Shown here piece after piece: positions 49,961 through 63,264 of a stretch of DNA of 64,000 nt. Numbering within the stretch: position 1 is the first letter of the stretch; each line of letters begins with the position of its first letter. The notes below the pieces were generated by a model, which made no database searches, was not told where the DNA came from, and saw only the letters and a list, made by a program, of their open reading frames with translations. Source of the DNA: Carcharhinus amblyrhynchos. Its lineage: Eukaryota. Position numbers and translations under genes: made by a program. The stretch lies in assembly GCA_965287045.1 (NCBI GenBank), contig OZ336874.1, forward strand, positions 58,094,001 through 58,158,000, written 5' to 3'.

Positions 49961-50457
49961 GTTATCAGTGTGAGGAGGGGATAGAAACCGCGTGTTAATG
50001 TAACCAGTGTGTGTGTGTGTGTGCGGGAAACTGCTACATTGTTTCCCATTGTAGCAATTATATCCCTTTAAACTTCGTACGGCGTAAGATTTGATATTTA
50101 TTCCGTTGGATATTCTGCAATCCAAGGAGGAGGCGAGAAGATTTCCTGGGGGTGCTTTTAGGAATTTGGTCTTGTTGCAGAAGTGGCTGGTTTTCCTTTC
50201 TTTCAACAGACACGCAAAAAAAAGGTTTTGTTGTCTTAAGAAGACAAGGAGTTGAGCCGGGACAACGGAATCTGCCAGTCTCCCCGAAGGCTGTTTAAAA
50301 TCTCTCTTAACCTTTTTTTCTGGGAGGGGGGAGCCGGATCCAAGATGCCCTTCCAGTAAACGCTTTACTTTTCTTTTAGAGGGGATTTCTTCTTAATGTG
50401 CGTTTCTTAAAAGGAGATCGAGCCACTGTTGGAGCCGAGCGGCTGCCGGACCCCGCG

Positions 50458-50481
50458 ATGTTTCCTCAAAGCAGGCATCCT
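50458..50481 (+). CDS. TLE1: Transducin-like enhancer protein 1 (Groucho family), coding exon 1 (MFPQSRHP)
   Basis: ATG TTT CCT CAA AGC AGG CAT CCT followed by the GTAAGT donor; MFPQSRHP is the TLE1-type N-terminus. Confidence 0.93.
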
Positions 50482-50944
50482 GTAAGTAAAGAGGGAGCGG
50501 GAGCGCTTCTCCTCCCGGGCCGGCCTCTTTGTTACTTCATTGTATGGGCTTTATTCATGGGGAAGGGGGAAGCACCTTCAGCCGAATGATATGATGTTTA
50601 TTGTTGCACGATCAGCAGAAGTGGCCTGTGATGCTTTTAAGCGGTGGGAAAAACAGTCCTGATCCTACCTGTGTGCACATCTGTACAACAGCGTGTATTT
50701 ATTTGTCTCTCAAAGTGATTAGTCCTTCCTGAAAGTTGGGATCACACATTCTTGAGGGTACCAACAAAAGGTTCAGTGTTTGGTTCCGTCAAACGCCTCT
50801 CAGTGCCATGCGTTTGTTCGCTACTTGCTTCAGCAGAGTCAGTCGGAAAGTTTTTCTAATGTACAATCTGCCTCAGATCCGCGGTCTCTTGTTGTCTTGA
50901 TGTAATCTAGCTTCCTTCCCCCACTCTTTTTTTTCCCCCCTCAG

Positions 50945-51045
50945 ACGCCGCACCAGGCTGCAGCCCAGCCTTTCAAATTTACCATCCCCGAGTCGCTGGA
51001 CCGGATTAAGGAAGAGTTCCAGTTTTTACAGGCTCAGTATCACAG
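50945..51045 (+). CDS. TLE1: TLE1 coding exon 2 ([34 protein letters not shown]), Q domain
   Basis: Polypyrimidine tract plus CAG acceptor, 101 nt, AG|GTGAAA donor; [11 protein letters not shown] favours TLE1 over TLE3/TLE4. Confidence 0.96.
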
Positions 51046-51469
51046 GTGAAAAGAAGTCTCCCATTCTCTGGCGTGTTTATTTGCAGCCGCTCAGTCTAGT
51101 CGCCAGTTGTTGTTTGGTTTGTCTGCGGTAGGTAGCCGCCACTGGTTACTGGCCCTGGCCACAGAGCGGCGCTCTCGCTGCGGCTATCCAAACCACAGCT
51201 ATTGAGGGAAACAGGAGCCTTTCTGGACTAGACCCTCTCCAATCGTGCTGTTCCATATTCACGGGGTTTTATAACTATTATTCATCAGTTGGCAACAGTT
51301 ATACATTTCTCAGTTCATTTTTGTAACTAAGCCATTTAAGCATTTGCTTTCTGAACCATGTCTTTGTAGTTGCATTTCGTATCTGATGCATAACAAGGAA
51401 TTGCGTTTTCCTTTGATTTATCTCGTATTTTTATTTTTGCCATTACTGTATCCTCTTACCAATATACTC

Positions 51470-51765
51470 GGGTAGCACAATGGTTAGCACTGCTATCTCA
51501 CGGTGCCAGGGACCCAGGTTCGAGTCCCAACTTGGGTCAACTGTGTGCGTGAAGTCTGCACGTTCTCCCCGTATCTGCGTGGGATTCCTCCGCTGCTCCG
51601 GTTTCCTCCTAGTCCGAAAGATGTGCGGTTAGGTGCATTGGCCATGCTAAATGCGCTCTCAGTGCACCCGAATAGGCGCGAGAGTGTGGCGACTAGGTGA
51701 TTTTCACAAGTTCTTTACTGTGTTAATGTAAGTCTATTTGTGGCACTAATAAATAGTTTTAAATT
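51470..51765 (+). mobile_element. V-SINE in TLE1 intron 2
   Basis: TGGTTAGCACTGCT (A box), GGTTCGAGTCCC (B box), V domain, same tail as 36478-36754. Confidence 0.9.
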
Positions 51766-51950
51766 TAAAACTTAAGATGATTTTGTGCTGTTTTAAAAAG
51801 TGCATTGTTTCTATTGCTCTTAAGGGCAATTAGAATGGGCAGTGAATGCCAGGCCTTGCCTATGACGATCCCATCCTATGAAATGTTATTTTTAAAAAAC
51901 AAGCATTACGTTTTATTGCTGTTTATTCACTATCTCTCAATGTTTTACAG

Positions 51951-52014
51951 TCTCAAGTTAGAGTGTGAGAAACTGGCAAGTGAAAAAACAGAAATGCAGC
52001 GACATTATGTCATG
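51951..52014 (+). CDS. TLE1: TLE1 coding exon 3 ([21 protein letters not shown])
   Basis: TTTTACAG acceptor, 64 nt, GTGAGT donor, phase-compatible with exon 2. Confidence 0.97.
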
Positions 52015-52179
52015 GTGAGTTTAAACAAGTACCTTTAAATTAAGAAGCAGTGTGCATTTAGCTAGCAATGTTTTCCACTCTGAACTGGAAAATAAACAAT
52101 TGAGAGTTCACATGTAATGATTTGTTTTGTCAGCATATTGTAATTGTTTGGTTTATAAATTTAATATTCTCTTTTGCAG

Positions 52180-52224
52180 TATTATGAAATGTCATATGGA
52201 TTGAATATTGAGATGCACAAACAG
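52180..52224 (+). CDS. TLE1: TLE1 coding exon 4 (YYEMSYGLNIEMHKQ)
   Basis: CTTTTGCAG acceptor, 45 nt, GTAAGA donor. Exon 5 was not found in the remaining 11.8 kb. Confidence 0.97.
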
Positions 52225-54706
52225 GTAAGATGGTTTTGATAGAAATTTATCCCAAAAGGAAAGAGTAAAACAAAACATTTGTCATCAACATTGGAAATGA
52301 GAGAGGATCCGTTTCCTTTTTTCAGTCATTATTCAGTCATTTTTTCAGTCATTCAGTCTGGAGTTTTACCCAGAGCAGCCTTTTCCTTTCTGATGCTGAT
52401 TGGAGCTGAGCTATTATCTCACCAGCAAATATTTCATTTCAGAATTAATATTTTTAATATTATATGATGGACCTGGATTACAGTAAAAAGCAAATATGCA
52501 AACTTGTGTTCAATTCCAAATGTAGGAATGGGAAGTTGGTATGATCCTCATACTTTGGTGAACATGATTAATATTCTAGTAATGCGCACAGAGCATGGTC
52601 TCGTGTAACTAATGCTCCTGTAAATACTAAAGATCTGATTTAAGTTGAACAGAGGCCTCCTTGTCCCTGTGTATGTAGAGTTTATGGAATGAATGTACTT
52701 TGTGGTTTGAGATGATGGCTATAAGTTACTATATGTACGCTTTCAAGTGACATGTAGAAGTTCTTTTATATAAGAAACTAGTATATATTCAGTTGGTGAG
52801 GTGGTGAAGTAAGATTCTGAGTATTAAAATAAATAAAATCGAGAAAGGATGGGACAATGCATGGGATACACAACTGAAAATCTTAAATGGTGCTTTTGAC
52901 CCTGGTCGTTTGCTAAGAAAGCATTCATTGCAGGACGTAAGCAATGCAAGAGAAGTGGTGACTTTGAGGGTTTCTAATCCTTCAGATACTATTGATAGCA
53001 AATCTTTAAGACATTGATTTACTCCTTTAAAAAGATTATCATTAACTCTTGGCTGATAACATCTCTGCCAAAAGGAATGAAAATGCATTTCAACATGGGT
53101 GCTCCTTTGTTAGTTTTTATGGTCTTAAGATTTCAGTAAAGCTGAGAAATGTTGCCTTGGTATATTAATGTAAATCCAGTAATTGCTCTGGCAATCTTTT
53201 GTGCTCCTGGTTTGAGTAATGTTGCATTTGAAATGAAATCCAGAGTTGTCTGCACAACCTCCTTTTTGGCTGTCAAATGCTGCAGTGATATTTATGTGCA
53301 TAAATGAAGGATTTTAAGTTAAACACTTCTTTCAGAATACAGACGGATTGTTTAAAGTGTTCACTTGCTTCCCTCTGGAGAATTGGATTTGTAGGTTGCA
53401 TTAAATTACATTTAAAAAAAAACATGTTTTCAATGCATGCAGAATTTTTATAGTTGCAAATTTCAGACACGATTGTTAGTGTATAAGCTGACAAAGGTAT
53501 CTGATTATAATTCTCCAAAACTGATGACGTTTGGACCCAAGGGTGTAACTTGGCTGAAACTGATGCATTTTGCTGACTGATCACCAGTGCGGCCTAAGTG
53601 CTCATTATGTTGTAGAAAAAGCCTATGCAGTCTCGTTACATTTGACAAGAATTCTCTCTGGGGGAAGAATGGGCATTAGCTAGGCTCCTCGCAGACTCAC
53701 AAGTATTCTCCCTTTTTTATAGTTTATACTCTAGATGGCAAGTGAACATTGCTCTGGAGATTTTTTTCATACAAAGCATCATCCCTTCTCGTGGTTTGTC
53801 TTCTGAGTAGGCACTCTGCCTGCTCTTTGAGGATACCACCTGCGGGGTTGTAGAGTTGCGAGCAAATGCTTTTTATTCAAGCTTCAGTGCCTTTCATTCA
53901 TGGTGTAATACCCAAGTCATGAGAAAAGAAAAGTTTGCGTTTCCAATGTTTTTCTTTAAATAGACTTTTTGGTATATTTTAAAAGCAGCTGTTGCAAGGA
54001 AATGGATGGATATTGATTATAGTTGGAAGTCTTTAAATGATAGTGAATCTTATTTTGTGTCCTTATTGGCATGGGAAACGTCTATATTTTGACTAGTGGG
54101 GAATGCTCTTTGCTTGAGCTGTTTTAATTTTAATGTTACTTTAATCTTTTAATGACTATAAACAGATGATTTTATTATAATGGTGGTGATGTGTACATTG
54201 GAGAAGGGATGGTTTGTTACTGGTAAGCAGCTGATTGAGAACAGCTTGAAACTACAGTTGTTAATGTTTCAGCTCTTGACATCGACCTGTATAATGTTCC
54301 AGAGTTTAATGATTTCCTACTATAATGTATGGGCAGATAAGTAAAGGTGGAGTGCTTGTGATCATACAGTTTAACTGGCAGTAATACCAAATTGATTTTG
54401 TAGATTGATGCAGGAATAATTTTGTTTTTTCTATTTCATGTTCACAAAATTCCTTTTTGTCCAAAAAAGGCACGTTGTTCAGTAAATAGGTGCCTGCAGT
54501 AATTTGTGGATTAGCCTTTTTTTTAAAAGATTCAGATTAACATTGTGAATATAACTTTGCATATTGAGATTGTAACCCAGTTTTAATATTAACTTAGCCT
54601 TTGTCCTGATTTGTTAGTCTTGGTACAGAACTTATGACTATGCACATTACGTGTTTAGTTGACACATGGTTTTTATTTGTCCTTTGAGAACAGGGGGTGC
54701 TCTTTG

Positions 54707-54920
54707 AGGGTGGTTAGCACTGCTGCCTCATAGTGCCAGGAACCTAGGTGGGATTCCTCCCCTTGGATGACTGACTTTGGAGTTTGCATGTTCTCTCCAG
54801 AATCCTGGACGGATTTCCTTCATATACTCAGGTTTCTGCCCACAGCCCAAAGATATGTAGATTAGATGGGTTGCCATGATAGATGGCTAGGGGGATAAGG
54901 AGGAAAGGGCCTGGGTGGAA
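54707..54920 (+). mobile_element. HE1-like V-SINE, diverged
   Basis: GTGGTTAGCACTGCTGCCTCA...GGAGTTTGCATGTTCTC...CCACAGCCCAAAGAT...GGGCCTGGGTGG. Confidence 0.8.
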
Positions 54921-55419
54921 GCTGCATATTATGTTCTAATAGATTTAACATTTGATTAACCGAAGTGAAAGTTACTCTGACAGTATCTATTCTCTGATCA
55001 TGGAATCAGTAACCATGTATTATTTAGAAAATTTGTACATTCGTTTTCATTGACTTTAAGGCTTGTTGGCTGATGGCCTCATCCAAGTCAGCAGGGATGC
55101 AACATCTTATATCTGAACCAGGCATTATTTTAGGTATAATGTTCAATGGTAAATGGCCAAACAAGATTTGCCCTTGTTAAATCAGTTGATTAAGCGGCAC
55201 TCCTTTATGTTAGTAGCTCCCTTCGATTTCCGTCTTCCTCTTCATTCCCCTAGTTCCCATTGACAGGTGTTTTTTCCTCCAGGTAATTTGATCCATCAGA
55301 AATTCTTTTTCTCATCCTTGATTGAAGAGGCTAAGAATATCACCCATCAGTGTAAGAATGAATGGTCTTGTTGTTTTGCATTTTAAATTTACTGCATTTG
55401 TAGTATATGATCGAAGAGT

Positions 55420-55990
55420 GAAAAGTTTGCAACTCAAATGCTGAATATGCAGCGTTTCCATTTGGCTGCAAATGAAGAAATGCTTCTGGGAATGGGAAAA
55501 GGGAAGTGTTCTAATAACAGTATATACTCAATGCTCAGATTTGAAAGCATCTGTGGAAAGAGAAATAATGTTTTGCTGCCTATGGCGCATGTTGGATATA
55601 GCCTAATAAAAGAAAATCAACAACAAGGCAGAGCTCCCAAATTTGTTGCTTATCAAACAAAGGTGGCTTTGTTGGCTCAGACATATTGGCAGGAAAAAAG
55701 ATGGTCACTTACCCAAGAACTTGTATACTGTGAAGTAGCATAGCAAAATGACCAAAGGAAGCTTGCAAGTATGACCTGAGGCCCTGGGCATTGATTATCA
55801 CGCCTGCAAGGTACCTGCAGACGAGAGGGGAAAATAGCAACACCTTGTGTGGGCTGGCAGCAGCACCAGTGGCATGGTGCCAATGCCAGAACGACCCAGA
55901 ACAACAGTTGTTAGTCTCATGTGCAGCACTTGTGAAAGAATCTACTTGTCAAGAATTGGTCTCTTCCGCCATCATCAAAGTACACCATAT
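55420..55990 (+). mobile_element. RTE LINE 3' ORF2 relic with C-terminal C2H2-like finger
   Basis: CSTCERIYLSRIGLFRHH motif, preceded by a P.ELVY.E-like segment. Confidence 0.7.
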
Positions 55991-58274
55991 GAAGACACCC
56001 TAGCTGAATTAGACTTGTTTGCTGTGTGTCCATTAACTTTCATGAATAGAAGGATGTCAAAACTAATGTTTCCAGCCAATTACCTTTTTTCAGAACTGTG
56101 CCCACATAACCTTTCTGCCCAACAATTTGATACTTGTATTAGGATTGTAATTCAATATTGCCCCCAAGTATATAAGGCCAGTTGTGTTGGAGGAATAGCC
56201 TTAAATCACTTCACTGATTTCAGCCACCTGAATGCAAGTAACCTCAAATTTGAGCCTCAATGCTTAATAAATTTTCAGCCTAACTTAAATCAAATAATGA
56301 CAATATAGAAGGTCCTTTCATCCCTTATAATAGTCAAAGATGTACGGAGGTTCTAACAAAAATTGTTGACCTGCAATTGTTGACATAATGAAGTTTTGCC
56401 ATTTAATTTGTTAGTCTCACGCTGATCTCTCAATTTGTGTGCAGGTATCTAGAAGGCCCATTTAATTACAGAGTAGGTCATATCTCTTGTATCTTTGGGT
56501 CTGTTCGCTTTATTAGATTTTCATCTCTATGGCCTTTGGTAGGGTTCCCTTGGGTTCTCCAAAGTGGCTGAGTAATTGCTAGTGCTGATACTGGAGATTT
56601 TAATCTCCCTTTTCTCATTAGGCTCAATTGAATTGCTTGAGGGTGCTGTAGGTGACTTGTGTAGTTAATTTTTCTGACATTGTGCTCAAGTTGAATCTTG
56701 CATTTGGTGAACCATTTAATATTACTCCATTTCATTTAAGTTTTATTTCATTTATTTTAACAAAAATTGCTGAATTTCTTAAATTGACTGCGAAAACCTT
56801 TATTTTATGAGGTGAGTCAGTTTTCATGTTACTGTTATGCACTACCATGAAGGAGTCAGGTAGAATTGCAATATTTTGGTGAACTTAGTCTGTATTGGCA
56901 ATTGAATAGAGATTTGAATTATTGTTTAATTATTGCTTAGTAACTATGTTGGGCTGAATTGCACTAATCATGCCAGTCAAAATTGTGATTTTCACGTTGA
57001 ATTGCTATTCAAAAATATTGTTTTATTTGTGCCTATAAAACAGGAGCAAAATGGAGCAACTGGCATTGAGGGCTTTTAAAAAAAGTTTCTGATGCGTATT
57101 TATCAACTAGCCACTCGCCACTGCCAGGTTTGCAGCAGAATAGTCAGCGTGGATATGATGTATAGGTTAAATATTAGGCGGTCCTCTTTTTTAAAAAAAC
57201 TTAAACCCATAAGTGGTTTGTTTGGAAACTGAAGGTTAAATGTGCTCATGATTTTTATATGAAGGTGAGCTAATGCAGCTAAGTGTTTTGAAAATTGTCT
57301 TAAGGCATTTTTAAATCCAAAGTTTTACATAGAGCAGTTCCATGGAAGTTGAACTGTTAGCTTGAAATTGTTAATCTAAACAGATTAGTTTGTTATATTT
57401 TAAAAAAATCAGAACCTAATAACTGAGTGGAATGCCAGGCACTTCTCTCCCTACATCTTTCTTGTAAGACACTGCTGATAAGGCCTAAAGTTTATAAAGT
57501 GAAGTGTTAATTAAAGGTCATTGACAAGAGCCAGGGATTCTTGACAGTTATAGCTTACACTGCTTGTGTATCCTATCGCTGTCTTGGGTAAACAGTTGCA
57601 CTTGGCAGATTATCCAGACAGTGACCAGTCACTGTATTGACAAGTGCAGACACAATAAAAACTATATTAGGAGTCCTGCCGTGGGGATTTGCAGTAAATA
57701 TATTACAGCACTCAAGTGAATTGCCAATACTGCTTGTTTAGCATTTTGCAAGGGCAATGGGAGTATGGATTTTTGCATTAGTAGGGAAAGGTTGTTGGAA
57801 AGCATTGGTTGATGGCTGAGGAGAAATTGACTTCAAGATCCAATTGCTGTCTCTGGGTGAATCATGAAAAGCTCCTGTGAATTATAGAAGAGCTGGTGTG
57901 GGAGGACAGAGGATTGAATGGACCGTGGCTCATTAATACTCTTTTTGTTGTAGCTTGGCTGTATAATCAGGCTGTACATGCCACAACTCAGTAAAAGCAG
58001 GGTCAAAGAACTAGAAGTCATGTCGATGACTCTTCATTGTGTTTTCAGAAGTGTTGTGTTTGTATACCAGAATAATTATTTCTTCCCTGTTTTAAATTCC
58101 TTTCGCTCAATTATTTTTTCTGTGGCCTTTTAATTTGAAATTTCGATCATAGACTTATGGATCTTGCGTCGGCTCTCAGCCAATGGCTACGACAGCGTGA
58201 GCAGAACAGGCTTGGCCTTCCTTTCTGATATACTTCAGTGCAAAATCTCAAAGACATCAGTGGTGAGCAAAAGG

Positions 58275-58618
58275 GTGACAGTGGCAACTGGACTAATAAT
58301 TAAGACCCAGGGCTAGATCTGGAGAACTGGGTTCAAATCCCACCAAGGCAGATGGTGAAATTTGAATCCAATAAAAAAAATCTGGCATTAAATGTCTAAT
58401 GATCACCACGAAAATGTTGTCAATTGTAAAAAAAAACTATCTGGTTCACTATTGTCCTTTCATGGAAGGAAATCTGTCATCCTTATCTGGTCAGGCCTAC
58501 ATATGACTCCATGTCCACATCAATGTGATTGACTCTCAATGCCCTCTGAAATAGAGGGCAGTGTGGGATGGGTAATAAATGCTGGCCCAACCAGCAATAC
58601 TCACTTCCTGTAAATGAA
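58275..58618 (+). mobile_element. SINE family B copy
   Basis: GGGTTCAAATCCCACCA.GGCAGATGGTG...ATCTGGTTCACTA...GGGATGGGTAATAAATGCTGGCCC. Confidence 0.85.
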
Positions 58619-58689
58619 TTTAAAAAAAACCCTTTGTTACAAACAAGTACCCAGAGAGCCTGCTGACCAACATCAAATGGAAGGCACCT

Positions 58690-58835
58690 CCTTTAATAAG
58701 TATTTGAATGAGCACTTGGCACATCATAACATTCAGGGCTATGGACCAAGTGCTGGCAGATGGGATTAGGTGGGAAATCAGATGTGCCTGATGTGGATTC
58801 AATGGGCCGAAGGGCCCTCTTCTATGCTGTCTGAT
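58690..58835 (+). mobile_element. CR1 3' tail fragment
   Basis: GGCTATGGACCAAGTGCTGG..GATGGGATTAG...ATGGGCCGAAGGGCC.TCTTCT.TGCTGT. Confidence 0.75.
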
Positions 58836-60544
58836 CTCAATGTCACCATAATTTTGGAAAAGTGCCAAGTTTCTTGTGGTTTTAGTGTTGACTTCAGTTA
58901 TGCATCTTACGGTGAAGCTGAATAGATTAAAATGTATTGGGATGTGCTGTATAGAGACTGGAGCTACTGAAAGAAGTGTGATGCATTTATGCCAAAGAGA
59001 CGTGGTAAAGAAACTCCCAATTTAGTTTCTGTCAGTTGGCTATGATTCAGTGATATTCAGTACTGCAGTTGTGTAATGAGAGTATTTACATTAGAGTGAG
59101 CGGTAGCTACTAAAAATTAGTATAGTTAGTACAAGTAAGTATACATAGTACAAGTAAGAGATGGGATCAATGTCAGAACTGCTGCACTCAACACAGAGAA
59201 GTCAGTAAGTTGCGCACCTCGTTTTGTTTTAAAGGAATCTGACTCCCGATGCAGCAGCCAGAGGAACTTGCTCCATGTAGGAATCCACAGAAAGAGCAAT
59301 AAAAAGGATCAGTGCAGCCGCTGCCCTCTTTACAACAGGAGTTGGTATAAGATATATTTAAATACGCAGATAATAGCGAGTAGTTCAGTGGGTTGGATAG
59401 CTGGTGAGTTGTCCGTATGAATAATTGCTGGGGGAGTGCAGGGAGATTTTCCTGTCTAACGTTTCTTGGCTAATTATTTATGACTCTAACTCAAGGATTG
59501 TAGGTATTTGCAGAGAATCCTGGAGAGTAGGTGAATAGCCTGTTGGAAGTTCAAATGTCCCAGGCAATTCCCAATAAGGTCAGCGCAACAAACATCTTGG
59601 TTGGTAGATCCGGAAGATCTGGGCCAGTGTTTCAATGTCTTTGAAATAAAACTATTTCTTCCCAAAATTGGATCAGTTTTATAAACAGAAACTAACTGGC
59701 CGGCCCATTTTGCTCGATTGTATGTGTTTGCAACTTTGCATGGTTGACTTGTGGCGGTGTTCGATTTACATTGCATTTTTTTAAAAAGGAACAATTTTGA
59801 CAGTGAGAAATTTCTCTGAATCTTTCTTGTTTCAATTGGAAGCTTGACTAAAACTAATATCTGGAATGTGTGTCTTTAAGCTGTAGTGAAATCTTGTTTC
59901 TGTTTGTGATGTATCCCCATATCTATTAATTAACTTCTAATAATAGACGTATGGATTAGTTTGAGGTGACCGCATAAAGATGGGAGTCCTGATCTTCATT
60001 CTCTGGATGACCCTGGAAGGTGTGTTGGGGGACCCCTCAGAAGTCCCCATGTACTAACTATGAGAATTGCCTAGGAAGTTTCAACTTCGGTTGGACAATT
60101 ACCCTGCGTCAATCCTTAAACTCTGATATAAAGTCGGAGACTTTTGGTTGGTTCCGACTTACTTAGCAGATTAGTTACGCAGGAAAAGTTAGCAGGATTA
60201 AATCTCCCACGTAAATGGAGTATTAGCCCCCAACCCAACTACCATCCAGACCCCTCTGACTACCTGCCCTACCCCCGTCACCCACTTACCTCGCACACTT
60301 GCTTTCTCTCCAGGCTTGTACATTTAAACTTAGCAGAATGTAATAGCCAGTGCTGTAAAAATGTGAGGTGGCTTAGCTTCTGCCAGTGCTGCTACATTGA
60401 GTGAAGTACTCTAGAAGTGGGTATGCGCCAAGTTCCACAGGAAGTCTTGGCCAGATCCAGGCAAAAAATCTAGCAGTGATCGCCATTCCATGGAAGATTC
60501 AGTACATTTTTAAAATATTATATCATTGCCTTATCAGACTATAG

Positions 60545-61100
60545 CAACTTGCATTTATGTAGCTGTTTTTAACAATATGGCATCTGAAGGTGCTTTATGG
60601 GTGTGATCAAGCAAAAAAAATTAAGCCAAATTAATCAAAAGCTTGATCAAATATGATTTAAGGTGTGTCTGAAACCTAAAATAGCTGACCTGTATGGTGC
60701 ATTTTCTGACTTTAGGACACCTCAAAGCTTTTCAGCTAATCAGATAGTTTTGAAATGTAGTCACTAATTTAATGAAGACATAGCAATGGAAGTGAAGACT
60801 ACACAAGAGGCCAGAATTCCCCCAAGGAGTATAGGACTGGAGATGGAAAGTACTGAGACCATGGAGTCATTTGAATATGAGGGTGAGAGTTTTAAACCAG
60901 GAAATTGCTGGTCTGGGAGCTAATGAAGCCCGTGCACATGGTTGATAAATTAATTTGTTGAAATAACAACAATGTTTTAAGTAAGCTTAAGGTTATGGAG
61001 AGTGGAAGAAGGGAGGCTGTCCAGGGACATGTTAGGTAAGTCGAATCTGGAGGTAACAAAAGCATAAATGAGGCCATTTTCTACTACAACTATATACACC
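60545..61100 (-). mobile_element. L2 LINE 3' relic with a Deu-SINE-type tail fragment
   Basis: Minus-strand LIYAFVTSRFD (L2 LIHAFVTSRLDY motif) and a CAACTTGCATTTAT.TAGC terminus. Confidence 0.6.
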
Positions 61101-63264
61101 CAAAGTTTGATTTTGTCCTTGTTAATGGCTCTGCAAAGTGGGGACGAATATGGATCCTTAAATGAATATTGCCTCAGAGACTTATAAATTTGATTGTGCC
61201 AGCACTGTTGAAACAAATCATTGAATTTTAGAGTGATAGAAAGACAAGATCTCCAATTACTCAATGATTCGGGGATTGAGTCAATGTTGCTATGGAGACT
61301 GTAGCCGGAACAAATTAAATTTCAAGGAATGAAATAATCTTTCAGTGCTTCTGGGAGTGCTAATTTTGGCAGTGGCACTTACACCGATTAAGTTTGGTTT
61401 GACGAGCTATTCTATATCATTTGTGTCCCAAAGATCATTATAATGAGAACTGACATAAGCTGTAGTAGGTTTTATTTTAAATCAAATCTTGAAAGTGCTT
61501 GTAATTTCTTGTATGTGAAGACTTCAACCACTGAGTGTTGATGGACAGTATTTGATGTGTTGTTACACTTGGAACAATTTGGCTCGGGCTTCTCATTTAT
61601 TAACCAATCAATTAATGGAACACTAAAATACATTGGTGCGCTGTTGCATTTGAGTGACATGGATTTTTCAAAATAAAACCCCTGAAGGAATGCCTTTCAG
61701 TCATGTGCCTGCTTAAAAAAAATAAATGGAGATGAAAATTGGCTTGAGGTCAATAAGCCATTTGTGGTGGCCTGACAACCTTCGATTTTTTTTTTCCCTT
61801 TGTGCTTGGCAAAAAATCATCTTAAATGATTGAATAATGAGCAAATGTGCAACACTGATATTTCCTGCTGCAGCTTGTATTACAATTTACAAATGGAAGG
61901 ATATCTGTCATGCACATCCATGCAAATTTAATAGTTTTTAAAGCCATATGTTTATAACATTTGTGAACTATATTTTTACATAAAGGTGGTTGGTGGAAGT
62001 TTTAAAAGTACCACTGAACCTTGTACATCTGTGCCATAACGTGATAAAACACATCTCCTTTACTGGTTTTAGTTTTTTTTTCTGAACAAAAATATAACAT
62101 TTTAATATTTGACTTTTGAGTTGAAGCAGGTTAATGGTGATTATTTGAAAAGGTATGGTCTTTTGCAAATGGCTATAATGGTTTATATTTAGGACCATGA
62201 GCATGGAGGCTGTTGCAGGTGTCCACTTAGTAATTTTCCATGTTTCATGCTGGCACGATGGTAACTAACAGTGAAGTGCAAGGAGAACAAGTATTTACTA
62301 AAAAATTTGGAATAGTTGCTGTGTATTTCACGATAACTAGAACTAGAGAAGTTCAAATGGAAGGCCATATGGGAATCTTTTGCTGTTAAGAAGCAAGCTA
62401 AAGTGCTTTAACTTCACTTTGTATTTTAATGGGCAAGATCTTAATATTGTGGCAGTGTAACCATATTGTCTTTTTTAAATGTGTGAAATGTTTGTGCTAT
62501 TCAAAGTTGCAGACAATAAAATTTGGTATGGCTGTTTAACATAATTGTTGTGATCAACGTATTATGCATGTGCTGAAGCTTCACGTCTTCCTTTTCTCCA
62601 TTTAAGAACCAAGCTTTCACATTCTTCATGACAAAAGATACAGAGCCACAACATTAATTGGACTTTTGTACGTTGGCAAGTGCTATGCAAGTTAACTTTT
62701 CTGTCCATACAGCAACACATTCCCATTTTGGCAATAAATGCTGTTAATTATTTGTATATTTACACTATGGCATCAGCTTCCTCGATTAATGAATTGGCAC
62801 GCAACAAAATTCCAGTGTGTCTTTGATGTCTAACAGCAATCTTTAAAATGCCCTATGTAATGGGAATTGGTAATGAGAAGTTGAAATAAATGTTTACTAT
62901 CATTATCCATTTCAAAAATGATCCTTAGTCTATAGTAAACAGTTGCAAATTGTAGCTTTTCTTAAACACATATGTATTTTAGGAAGAAATCAACTAGGTC
63001 ACTTAAAATTTCACTCCAAATCTCTCAAGTCACTAATGCTGTCGTATTATTACAAGTTGGCTGGAAATGGGAAGTAAATTTAGCAGTATAATTGTCTTTA
63101 TCTGTCATTCATGGAAACAATCTCCTTGAATATCTGCCATGATTTAACTGTATAAAATTGTTTTCATATTTCTTAGCAATGGTTTTACTATTGTGAATAG
63201 CTTTATGGAAAAACTAGTTCATTGTTGGTAGCGCATTTGCGTGAGTCATATAATTCAGTTTCCT

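Noticed and set aside
50398-50589. 63-aa ORF containing MFPQSRHP
   Set aside because: Read-through of exon 1 into intron 1 past a canonical GTAAGT donor.
51805-52038. 77-aa ORF with [12 protein letters not shown]
   Set aside because: Exon 3 plus flanking intron sequence; not a separate gene.
59980-60452. Possible further non-autonomous DNA transposon
   Set aside because: The ends are only weakly TIR-like and no TSD is discernible.
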